The notes under the pieces were generated by a model. It was given only the letters and a program-made list of their open reading frames with translations. It was not told the origin of the DNA and did not search any database. A stretch of 63,546 nt of DNA, filler included, from Octopus bimaculoides (Eukaryota), in assembly GCF_001194135.2 (NCBI RefSeq). It is 5 parts of 5 records of this genome, joined end to end, with 100 filler letters (N's around TTAATTAATTAA, not from the genome) between each part and the next. Parts side by side here need not be neighbours in the genome. Positions count along the whole stretch, not along the records: positions 43,311 to 55,783 come from NC_068990.1; positions 55,884 to 58,980 come from NW_026407189.1; positions 59,081 to 63,546 come from NC_069004.1; 2 more parts are not named here. One strand, given 5' to 3'. Made by a program: the position numbers and the translations under genes. Below are positions 51,813-62,835 of the stretch, piece after piece (position 1 is the first letter of the stretch; every line of letters starts with the position of its first letter).

Positions 51813-52884
51813 TATGTTATGTATTAATTATAACAAGTTATTTCTAATAATATTTGAACAATAATCATAGTAGCCAAGACTGACCCTTTGCCAATTAGAA
51901 AACAAAATAGAGAACTAAATAAATATAAAAATAAAGAGAAGTTTGAATTTCTGGCCTAACCTAAATACAAAATTCGTAATTCTTTCGAACATTTTCAATA
52001 GTTAAAGCAAAAGTAATTAATATTTAATGAAGCATAGCTGTTTAATTAGAAACTGTAACCAATTGATTGCAGCAATCAGTTGATAGGTTGCACATTCATT
52101 TGCTTAGTCATTTTTTCCTCTTCTATCGTCACTAAAACCGACTCTGTTTCTCTATACTACCCTCTAAGCATAGAGCAACATATTCTCTACATCTAGAATT
52201 TCCCAACACAACGCAACCCAACCACCTCTCCTTTTGTCTTTACTCTCACCGTGTCTCATAACTTAAACTGAAATATTTCGCCCACTTCTTATTCTCCCAA
52301 ACCGTAACCCACTAGAGATCCCTCCTTGCTTATGTTTTTTTTTGTTTCTGTAAGCACTGAGTCACAAAATTTTAAATTGAACTGTACGAATCAGTGAAGT
52401 CTAGGATGGCCTACCTGACGTCATAAGCATTATCTCCTTCCCTGATCAACTTATTGTTTCCAATTTAAGAATAAGTCTAGTGATTTCTAGGGGAAAGTGT
52501 TTAGTCAAACACGTCAACCAGGAATTACGAATTAACCAGGAATTTTGATTACAATATGACTAAGAAATCATTGATATTAAGGACTGGAATGCCATCAGAC
52601 GAGCTTGTCCAGTGCAGATTGACGAAACTGCCCTGCACCCAATGCGTTCAGTCAGTAATTAAGTACTTCTAACTTTTGGATTTATGTTGATTAACTTATA
52701 TGCGTGATAGACCCGGTTGTCAGTCAGGTCTATCATGAGAATAACTATATGTTCGAAACGTCATACTTTCACTCAATAAGTTTTACTTTTTGACATTTTC
52801 TTTCTTTGAGCATCAAGCTAACAATATTAACTGTGAAAGTCCCTCGCACTATTTGTTGCTTTTTGTATTTGATTTTGGCTTTTG

Positions 52885-52967
<83 letters not shown>

Positions 52968-53001
52968 CATGAGAGAGAGAGAGAAAGAGAGTATGCTTCT
53001 T

Positions 53002-53636
53002 TGGATGTTTTTAATGTCCTCATTGTGCTTTATTCTGTTAGCTAGTATAGCTATATGTTCCAATACAAATCAATTAATTAATATTTAAAAAAGTAGAAGA
53101 TCGGTATCACACAAGAAACCGAGAATATATTATTTAAATTTCTGTAAATTTAATTTATTACATACCGTAACAAGTACCGACGTTGACAAATATTTTCCAC
53201 AGTACTTCAAAATACAAATTACTAACATTAAAGCAATCGCTTCTCTATTTGCTGAATTCAAATTTACCAAATACAACTTTCTCTTTTTAAATTTCCGCTG
53301 CCACTAGAAATTAATGTATTAATCCATTAATAGCAACACCAGCAGCAACAACAGCGGTAGCAACAACAGCAGCAGCACGTATACCAAAATAATATTCATG
53401 TACACAATATCAGTTCTGAGATCAAAATTTTTAGGCTTCGCAGAAAATTACATCGTGAAGAAAGAGTTTTGTTGAAAAGAAATTTAAATTATATATTCTC
53501 GGTTTCTTCTGTTTATCATATGATATTGATCTTTCACTTTCTCAAACATTAATTAATTGGTGAGTGTTGGAATATGCAGAGCTATGCTATCTAGCAGTAT
53601 GAAGCGCAACAAGGACATTAAAAACAAAAAAATCCA
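53002..53636. repeat. Foldback element with about 140-160-bp diverged inverted arms
   Basis: 53113-53143 versus reverse complement of 53478-53508 differ at 1 of 31 positions; homology extends out to about 53002 and 53636. Confidence 0.85.
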
Positions 53637-53680
53637 GACAAAGACTGCTATCCTACTTTGCTGCTTACGCGCGCGCGCGC

Positions 53681-53718
<38 letters not shown>

Positions 53719-53728
53719 NNNNNNNNNN

Positions 53729-53762
<34 letters not shown>

Positions 53763-53850
53763 TTATGTATGTATACATACCTGTGTCTCGCACGTATCTT
53801 GCTACTATTACACATACTAATATATACATGTATGCACATACAGGCATACA

Positions 53851-53884
<34 letters not shown>

Positions 53885-54631
53885 CATAGAGAAATGGCTG
53901 CATAGTTACAAAATTAACTTCGCTAATACTAAATTTCAGGTTCATTCCTGCTGCGCAGCACTCTGGGTTACTGAAAGAATTTGATAGATGGGAACTGCCT
54001 GTCACACATACTCTCACACACAAACACACACATATATGTATGTGTGTATACCTATATATATATANNNNNNNNNNNNNNNNNNNNNNNNNNNNNNNNNNNN
54101 NNNNNNNNNNNNNNNNNNNNNNNNNNNNNNNNNNNNNNNNNNNNNNNNNNNNNNNNNNNNNNNNNNNNGTGTGTATATGTGTATATGAAAGAAATGGTTG
54201 GAGTGGTCAAGTGCTATGAACTTAGTAAAGAAAGACGAAGAGTGGTAAACTAGACACAAGGAAATTCATCATTTATTGAAATTATCATCGTTTCGAGGCA
54301 AGTAAACAAACACCTACTCGACTTGCAACCAGCTCTGAAAGAGAAGGGGAGATAATATCACAGAATCGAAATTCTTCTGAATTTCCTTGTCATTCGAGTT
54401 TACGTTGTTTTCCTGGGGACAAGAGAACTCCCGTGAATTAGTTTTTCTGTCTCAATAGGCGTCATCAGCACAGCATCGTCTTATCTCAACTCCAAACATC
54501 AGATTGGACAAAAGGGGTTGAGAATATTTATAGCCTAGCGTAATTTGCATAATCAAAAGGAAAATAGCTAAGAGTGGTAGCTAAAAGTGATCGTTTGCAT
54601 ATACAACAGAATAGACTGGTTACTGTGTATG

Positions 54632-54860
54632 TGAAGGTGTGTGACCGAGTGGTTGAGGCACTCACAATCGCAAGATCGGGGTTACGATTCTCGAAGCAGG
54701 CGGTGCGTTGTCTTCTTTGAAGTTGCTTCAGTCCACACAGCTATAAATGGGTAACTTTAGCAGACTGGCGTCCCTTTCAATGAAGAATTTGTGATTTCGC
54801 TCACATATACGTCATTGAAACCGGGTAATCGGCTTTATGAGTTTTAGGACTCGAGCCAGT
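54632..54860 (+). mobile_element. Old tRNA-headed CORE-like SINE with a third type of 3' tail
   Basis: gtgtgaccgagtggttg A box, ggggttacgattctc B-box-like motif, ttgcttcagtccacacagctataaatggg, then cagactggcgtccc...gaaaccggg. Confidence 0.6.
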
Positions 54861-55339
54861 ACTTGCTGTATATATAACAAAATAGGCAATGTTAATCATC
54901 CATCTAAAAGTCGCAGACTTTATGTATCTAGTGAAGTATATAGTTCACCAGTTCATTTACAAACTGACAATTCTTCTAGTGTTTAAATCTCATTGTTTCA
55001 CAATATCTGAAAAATCAAAATATATAAATTTGACTTATAATTTCAAATGGGAATCTTATTTACAACTAAATCTTATACAAGAAACAAAAGACCATGCAAC
55101 ATTTGCACAACTGAGAACAGAGAATTTCCCCTCGCCAAAGCCCTAAGTTCTAGTAGTCATTTAAAAGAATTTGGACACTTGTACATAACCCTAATTTTAT
55201 ATTTCTAAATATTTTCTTACTTATACGTACATGAATTCAGTTTACCAAAGCTTATCCTACCTTACTACTACAATTTCTTTTAATGCAATTTGAAAGTTCA
55301 ACTACACAAGTATTTCAATGAGATTCTTCATTGTTTCTG

Positions 55340-55783
55340 TTTTTTGTTATGCATGGTTGTGTGGTAAGAAGTTTGTCACCCGAACACATAGTTTTGGGTT
55401 CAGTCCGACAGCGTGGCAACTTGGTAAAATGTTTTCTGCTATAGCCTTGGGGCGACCAAGTTTTGTGAGGGAACTTGGAAGACGGAAACATGCGTGAGTG
55501 TAAAAGCACATGGTTCAGTAGTTAGAGTGTCGAGCTCACAATCACGAGGTCGTGAGTTCCATTCTCAGACCGGGATCTGTGTCGTGTCCTTGAGCAAGAC
55601 ACTTTATTTCACGTTGCTCCAGTTCACTCAGCAATAGCAATGAGTTGCGACATCAGTGGGATGGAGAGGGGAGGTTGGTATGCATGGGCTACCACTGGTT
55701 TTTCTATAAACAAATATGCTTTGACTTGTACCTCGGAGGGAAACTTTCCAGGTGCAATACTATGGTCATTCATAACCGAAGGG
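55340..55783 (+). mobile_element. SINE C 5' half (55340-55495) followed by SINE B (55505-55783)
   Basis: Matches to family copies elsewhere in the window. Confidence 0.85.
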
Positions 55784-55944
55784 NNNNNNNNNNNNNNNNN
55801 NNNNNNNNNNNNNNNNNNNNNNNNNNNTTAATTAATTAANNNNNNNNNNNNNNNNNNNNNNNNNNNNNNNNNNNNNNNNNNNNTGTGTGTATTTGGTAGA
55901 GATGGCAGAATTGATGGTAAGAAGATGGTAAGAAGCCCGATGAC

Positions 55945-56410
55945 ATGGCAGAAACGTTAGCAAGTCGGGCGAAATGCTTAGCGGTATTTCGTCTGCCGTT
56001 ACGTTCTGAGTTCAAATTCCTCCGAGGTCGACTTGCCTTTCATCCTTTCGGGGTCGATAAATTGAGTACCAGTTACGCACTGGGGTCGATGTAATCGACT
56101 TAATCCCTTTGTCTGTCCTTGTTTGCCCCCTCTGTGTTTAGCCCCTTGTGGGCAACAAAGAAATAAGAAACTGAAAGAAGCCCTCGTATATATATGTATA
56201 TACTTATGTTTGTCTTTGTGTCTGCGTTTGTCCCCCTCACTCTCAATTGACAACTGATGTTGGTTTGTTTACATCCCTGTAATGGAGCGGTTTGACAAGA
56301 GAAAGTGACAGAATGAATACTAGTCTGGCAAACAATAAATTCTGGGGTCGATTTGTTCGTCTAAAACACGTTAAGACGTTATTCCAGTAATCAAATGACT
56401 GAAAAAGTAA
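55945..56410 (+). mobile_element. SINE D (55945-56165) fused to SINE C 3' half (56165-56410)
   Basis: ...gggcaacaaagaaataaGAAACtgaaagaagccctcgta...; junction falls in a shared GAAAC. Confidence 0.8.
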
Positions 56411-57101
56411 ATGAATATACACGTGTACAAATACATTTATACATACATTATATGNNNNNNNNNNNNNNNNNNNNNNNNNNNNNNNNNNNNNNNNNNNNNN
56501 NNNNNNNNNNNNNNNNNNNNNNNNNNNNNNNNNNNNNNNNNNNNNNNNNNNNNNNNNNNNNNNNNNNNNNNNNNNNNNNNNNNNNNNNNNNNNNNNNNNN
56601 NNNNNNNNNNNNNNNNNNNNNNNNNNNNNNNNNNNNNNNNNNNNNNNNNNNNNNNNNNNNNNNNNNNNNNNNNNNNNNNNNNNNNNNNNNNNNNNNNNNN
56701 NNNNNNNNNNNNNNNNNNNNNNNNNNNNNNNNNNNNNNNNNNNNNNNNNNNNNNNNNNNNNNNNNNNNNNNNNNNNNNNNNNNNNNNNNNNNNNNNNNNN
56801 NNNNNNNNNNNNNNNNNNNNNNNNNNNNNNNNNNNNNNNNNNNNNNNNNNNNNNNNNNNNNNNNNNNNNNNNNNNNNNNNNNNNNNNNNNNNNNNNNNNN
56901 NNNNNNNNNNNNNNNNNNNNNNNNNNNNNNNNNNNNNNNNNNNNNNNNNNNNNNNNNNNNNNNNNNNNNNNNNNNNNNNNNNNNNNNNNNNNNNNNNNNN
57001 NNNNNNNNNNNNNNNNNNNNNNNNNNNNNNNNNNNNNNNNNNNNNNNNNNNNNNNNNNNNNNNNNNNNATATCTGTAAAAATATGTGACAATTACTCGGT
57101 A

Positions 57102-57172
57102 GCCATGATAAAACTCCGAGTTTCAGATACCGGGGCGGAAACTCACGCTGTCATCTCTTCAGTTATCTGGCC
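57102..57172 (-). ncRNA. Candidate type I hammerhead ribozyme (family H1, second copy)
   Basis: Reverse complement GCCAGATAA CTGAAGA GATGACAGCG...CCGGTATCT GAAAC TCGGA GTT TTATCATGGC; homologous to 14028-14097, stem II weakened. Confidence 0.62.
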
Positions 57173-57436
57173 ATTGAAAATTGCTATGAAAATGACCGTT
57201 AAACAAAAGGAAACTACTGTGTGGTTGACCGTTATTACGACAAAAGTGCTATTAGAATGACCGCTGAGTGAAGGGAGGGAGTAAATGTAAGGGAGTAAAA
57301 ACGTCCATAGTATTCGCGTAAGCGCACAAGTCCATACAAACACATGCGCGCCCGCACACTCACGTACATGCGCCTATATGTATATATTCATCCACCCTCG
57401 CTTGAAACACACGCATGCTCACCCACGCATTCGCCA

Positions 57437-57467
<31 letters not shown>

Positions 57468-57477
57468 CGCATACACG

Positions 57478-57521
<44 letters not shown>

Positions 57522-58055
57522 ACACAGTCGCACCCATACACACGCGCGCAAAAAAGGGGTTCATACACACGTCAATATACGCGCGTGCCCAAGAGAAAAA
57601 AACAGGGCCAAAGGCAAAATACAGAAAAAGAGTGTAAAAATGTTTGAAAAAGCTATAAGAGCAAAACGCGTCTATATGCACACATTCTCGCATGCATGCA
57701 CACACATCTATATATGCACATACCCGCACACATCCACAAGCGCGTACAAAAGGTTCCATGTACACGTCTATAGACGCACAGGAAAAAAGCTGAGTCGAAG
57801 GTAGAATACAGAAAAAAATATGTGTAAAAAACACACAAAACATTATCTCTATAAATATATAAAACATATATAAGAAATCTAAGTAAAAAATATAGAGAGA
57901 TAAAAAGCTTGTACATAGACACAATATAGAAAGCAAGTCCTATCAGTAATCTCGGGGGGAGGGGCAAAAAAGTAGCAAATATTTAGCCACATGTGGACAT
58001 GATCCGAAAAATTCAGTTCTTGAATTTAGACATGTGGCTGTCTTTCCAGATAAGC

Positions 58056-58366
58056 CATCTTTCTATATCAGATGAGCCATCTTTCCATATCAGATGAGCC
58101 ATCTCTCCATATCAGATGAGCCATCTCTCCATATCAGATGAGCCATCTTTCCATATCAGATGAGCCATCTTTCCATATCAGATGAGNNNNNNNNNNCAGA
58201 TGAGCCATCTTTCCATATCAGATGAGCCATCTTTCCATATCAGATGAGCCATCTTTCCATATCAGATGAGCCATCTTTCCATATCAGATGAGCCATCTTT
58301 CCATATCAGATGAGCCATTTTTCCATATCAGATGAGCCATCTTTCCATATCAGATGAGCCATCTTT
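58056..58366. repeat. 22-bp tandem repeat, about 14 near-identical units
   Basis: Unit CATCTTTCCATATCAGATGAGC; contains a 10-N gap, so copy number is uncertain. Confidence 0.95.
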
Positions 58367-59103
58367 TCATAAGAATAAATACAACTGAGGCTGTCTCATT
58401 GAGACAAGAGCAGAAATATTCTGCCCTATTCCTTGCTTATTTAGAGAAGATACAGATTTTGGTTCTCAGCTCTGTGATTTGTCTGATTCAAGAATAAATG
58501 CCCCAAGAACTAGAGAGTAACAGGAATACTAGCCTCACTCGAACCTGTATATACGTTGCATCACAACTCGAAGGCTATGTATTTCCAATCCTAAAAAAAG
58601 AGACATATCCTTCCTCCTTTTCTCCCCAATATTCTAAGTCTCTCTCATGACACTACACTCTGGGTCCCACTGACGCAGGAGACATGTGTATGTGTGCGTG
58701 TAGGTACATTTGTATATCTTTGTGTGACCTAGTGAATTAAAAGTCTCGAACAAATGCCAGTTTCAATGCCTAGATGGGTGTGGGACATATTTGTAAGGAC
58801 TAACAACAGACATAGAAATCGTTGTCAATTCACTGTATTTAACTCACTTCTATAAAAAGTCTTTTTAATAGAGGAAAGTTTCTTGGACACTTAAATAAAA
58901 GAAAACTGGTTATATGCATACGCATATTCATATATGTATATATGTATATATATATACATATATATATATATATGTGTGTGNNNNNNNNNNNNNNNNNNNN
59001 NNNNNNNNNNNNNNNNNNNNNNNNTTAATTAATTAANNNNNNNNNNNNNNNNNNNNNNNNNNNNNNNNNNNNNNNNNNNNAGCAACAAGGATCTCCAGAG
59101 GTA

Positions 59104-59192
59104 ATGCAGTACGATCGTTTCATGCAAATCCATTTAATTGAACAATGTAATCATTACATCAATTTAAAATGCAGAGCAATCCTCAGCTGCAC
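59104..59192 (-). ncRNA. Candidate minimal type I hammerhead ribozyme (family H2)
   Basis: Reverse complement GTGCAG CTGAGGA [58-nt stem II hairpin] GAAAC GATC GTA CTGCAT; 6-bp stem I, palindromic GATC loop, GTA cleavage triplet. Confidence 0.72.
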
Positions 59193-59491
59193 AAAGACAT
59201 AGAATTTAATTAAATTAGAACAAATGAAAAACAGAGACAACTGATGAAGGGGAATGTTCTTTATGTTGCATGTCTCGTTTCTCTGTTTGTTTGTTTTTTT
59301 TTTTTGTTCGAAAAAAGGTTCACTTTCTCTATGCTTTTGTTTTTATGTTTTCGTTTTCTCATTCTGTCTACGTTTGTTGATGTCCTGTAGCCATATATGC
59401 ATGTATATATACATATATATGTAGGTATGTACATATATGTATGTATATATGCATATATTTATATATTATTTATATTATTATATATATACGC

Positions 59492-60021
59492 ATATATTAG
59501 CGGAAAACGGACAACAAAACCAAGGCAAGACGAGTATCTCAAATCATGTAGGATATTTAATTAGAGTAAGGTGAATCTGAGATAATTAATTAATTAGTTA
59601 ATTAATTAATTTTGGGATGTCTTACAGCCGTTTCTGGGATGTCCTAAGTGATAAGTTAGCATCACCATACACTGGGTATTCCTTCATCAGAGGCAAGGTG
59701 AGTATGTATGAAAGTTCTAGACAGGGAATTCATAGTTTATAAAGGAATAAAATAGTAAATAGAAGAATAAAGAATAAAACATTAGATAGAAGAATAAAGA
59801 GTAAAGCAGTAGGTAGAATACAGACGGAATACCCAGTGTATGGAGATGCTAACCTATCACTTGAGATATCCCAGAAACAGCTGTAAGACATCCAGTAATT
59901 AATTAACTAATTAATTAATTAATTAATTATCTCAAATTCACCTTACTCTAATGAAATATTCTAAATCACTTAAGATACTCGTCTTGCCTTGGTTTTTGAT
60001 GTTCTTTTCCCTCTAATATAT
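59492..60021. repeat. Foldback with about 190-bp inverted arms (59492-59682 and 59826-60021) and a 143-bp purine-rich spacer
   Basis: ccaaggcaagacgagtatct / agatactcgtcttgccttgg, (TAAT)n in both arms, ctgggtattcc / ggaatacccag. Confidence 0.93.
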
Positions 60022-60162
60022 ACCTGCTAACTCGGAAGCCTGCTACGGATCCCTAACTCCGGCCTCAGGTGTGAACTTGGAACCTAACAGATGACCAATT
60101 ATAGCACCTACACAACGTACCTATCCGTTTAGATTACCAGTGAAAACTAACTCCCTCATATT

Positions 60163-60199
<37 letters not shown>

Positions 60200-60204
<5 letters not shown>

Positions 60205-60620
60205 ACGCATCTGTGTCGTAAGAAGCTTGCTTCCCAACCACGTGATTCCAGGTTCAGTCCTACTGCGTGGCGCCTTGGACAAGTGTCTTTTAGTATAGCC
60301 TCGGGCCGACCAAAGCCTTGTGAGTGGATTTGTTAGGCGGAAACTGAAAGAAGTCTGTCGTGCATGTATGTATGAATGTATGTATGCATGTGTGTGTATG
60401 TGTGTGTCTCTTTGTGTCTGTGTTTTTCCCCATCACCGCTTGACAACCAGTATTGGTGTATTAATGTCCCCGTAAGCTAGCGGTTCGTCAAAAGAATGAT
60501 GGAATAAGTACTAGGCTTTAAAAAAAATGCTGGGGTCGATTTGCTCGACTAAAACCATTCAGGATGGTACTCCAGCATGGCCGCAGTCAAATGACTGAAA
60601 CACGTAAAAGGATAAAAGAT
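60200..60620 (+). mobile_element. SINE family C, near full length
   Basis: gtaagaagcttgcttcccaacc through ccagcatggccgcagtcaaatgactgaaacacgtaaaag. Confidence 0.92.
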
Positions 60621-61088
60621 TACTCGTTGTAGTAGCGTATTGAGTTCTCTAAATGAGAGTTTTGACTTTCTTGTCTACCTCCATGATCTCCCGGATAAAG
60701 CCCTGAAATATCCCGTGGAGTAAAATAATTTCGTCCAACGAGAGAAGAGGACTCGAAACAGTGTTGCAGACACTGGCTTGTTCCAGTCTCCCCTTCACGT
60801 GAGTATAAACTGCTTTAAGTGTGCTTCAGATTATAAACTATGGCTCATCAGAGCGACGAATATTTATTGCCTTATCAAGCTTGTGCAGCTATCAGCTGCG
60901 TATGATATTCACACAAACCGGATATCAACAAGTTTGTAAATATCCATTGTATAAGAATATAAACCTTATCGGAAATGCGTACAATACATCAGCTATCCTG
61001 AGTCAACTTGCTCTTTAAGTAGTAGTAGTAGTAGTAGTAGTGGTTGCAGCAACAACACTGTTAGTAATAACAGTGATAGTAATTGCTT

Positions 61089-61119
<31 letters not shown>

Positions 61120-61444
61120 CATAATCGACAGAATATTGAGAGAGAGAGAGAGAGAGGGGGAGAAGAGAAAGAGGGGGCGCATACGGCTCAAATTACGAGG
61201 TCAATGAGATAGTAAGCAGAGAAATATGTAACGATTTACAAGGTTGATTGTAATCTAAGTTAAGGACAGTTTTGGTGCTTTTGGTATGACCAATCGTCAT
61301 GAGAGTCCAACAATTGTATGTGGTCAATCCGGATTGCACCGGATAAGAAACACCGAAAATGATTAAAAAAAAAAACTGTGGGGCGACAGTGTTACGTGGA
61401 ATATAGATACAAAACGTAATAATGATGATAACAATAATAGCCCT

Positions 61445-61785
61445 TTCTACTATAAGCGCAAGGCCTGGAGTTTGCGGGGAGAGGGTAAGTCGATTACATT
61501 GACCCTAGTACTTATTTTACCGACCCCGAAAAGATGAAAGGCAAAGTCGACCTCGGCGGAATTTGACCTTAGAACGTAAAGATGGACGAAATGCCTCTAA
61601 GCATTTTATCCAGACGCTGGCGTGCCTGTTTGATAAGAAGTTTATTTTTCAACCACATTGTACCGGGTTCAATACCACTGCATGGGCACCTTAGGAAAGT
61701 GTCTTCTGCTATAACCTCGGGCAGACCAAATCCTTGGGAGTGGATTTGGTGGACGGAAACTGAAAGAAACCCGTCATATATATAT
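61445..61785. mobile_element. SINE D (-, 61445-61615) abutting SINE C 5' half (+, 61618-61785)
   Basis: Matches to family copies elsewhere in the window. Confidence 0.82.
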
Positions 61786-61786
61786 T

Positions 61787-62690
61787 CAGGGTGTCCCAAA
61801 ATTATGGCAACCAGCTTTTTTCAATTTTGCCAAAGCAAAATGTTATATTTCGATTCCGACCATTGCCATGCAATGGTAAAGGAAACACAATTATTCCACT
61901 ACTACAGTTATTCGATATGACCACCTCTGTTCTGAACCATAGCCTTAAGTCTAGGTGCAAATACCTCACACGCGGCACGCAGCTGTTCTTGCGAAATCGA
62001 AGCTTATTCCTGCTGCAGTTTTGCCTTCAGAGCGTCGAGCGAAGCATGAGACCCTCGTCTCCAAAATGGGCCAAACAGAAAAATCCAACGGTTTGAGATC
62101 GGGACTTCTTGAGGGCTATACATTCCTTGTCTATGAACGACGGAATATTTTTCTCAATCTAGTATTGTGTCTGTTTGGAGCTGTCGGATGGTGCCGAGTC
62201 CTATTGGAGGCTCCAAGATGCGCCTTGGAAAGTACTCATTCGCCCATGGAAGCAGTTCAGCTTCCAGAATATCGCTAATGTATCACTGGGTGTTGGTTTT
62301 AACACTTGCGGGCACAAAAACGAGGGGAGACCATCCAGTCGCAGTCACAGCTGCCCAAACCATAACTGTGGATATTGATGTCAATTTATGAGTCTACCAC
62401 CAACGTAGCCAGATACACTCCAAAGTCGGTCATTCTGGTGGTTTATTGTCTGTTCGATGTCAAATTTCTTTCCATCAGTGAACACCAGGTTGAGCAGCGT
62501 ACCTTCAGTAATCTGATGCAGCATAAGACGACTTCTCTCCAGTCTCAGAGCCTTATAAACTTGCGTGAGCTCATGATAACGACTTCTCTCCAGTCTCATG
62601 GCTTCATAAACTTGCGTGAGCTCATGATAACCGATCATCTTGTAGGGGTGGGTCCTGAGATCCTTCTTCAGCCCTCGATACATCAATGTT
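61787..62690 (-). pseudogene. DD37D (maT-type) Tc1/mariner transposase relic with one TIR, 5'-deleted
   Basis: Terminal CAGGGTGTCCCAAAATTATGGCAACC at 61787; LVFTDGKKFDIEQTINHQNDRLW; LQ*DSAP ... PSRSPDLKPLDF with 37 residues between the aspartates after correcting one 1-bp frameshift. Confidence 0.9.
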
Positions 62691-62696
62691 CGACTT

Positions 62697-62835
62697 ATTT
62701 TTGCGGTTCGACAAAAAGAGACCGATAGAATAAATACTAGGCTTACAAAGAATAAATCCTGGGGATCGATTTGCTCGACTAAAGGCGGTGATGCAACACT
62801 GCCGCAGTCAAATGATTGAAACAAGTAAAAGAGTA
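62697..62835 (+). mobile_element. SINE family C, 3' end
   Basis: gcggttcgacaaaaagagaccgatagaataaatactaggcttacaaag...gccgcagtcaaatgattgaaacaagtaaaag. Confidence 0.9.

Noticed and set aside
58056-58366. 22-bp array as a CRISPR locus
   Set aside because: No unique spacers, no cas genes, eukaryotic context
59232-59290. Plus-strand CTGATGA flanked by cagaga/tctctg
   Set aside because: No downstream GAAA or stem III, so not a hammerhead on this strand
60790-60805. Strong donor-like CAC|GTGAGT (also TGG|GTGAGT near 45900)
   Set aside because: All upstream frames close within a short distance and no good acceptor pairs with it
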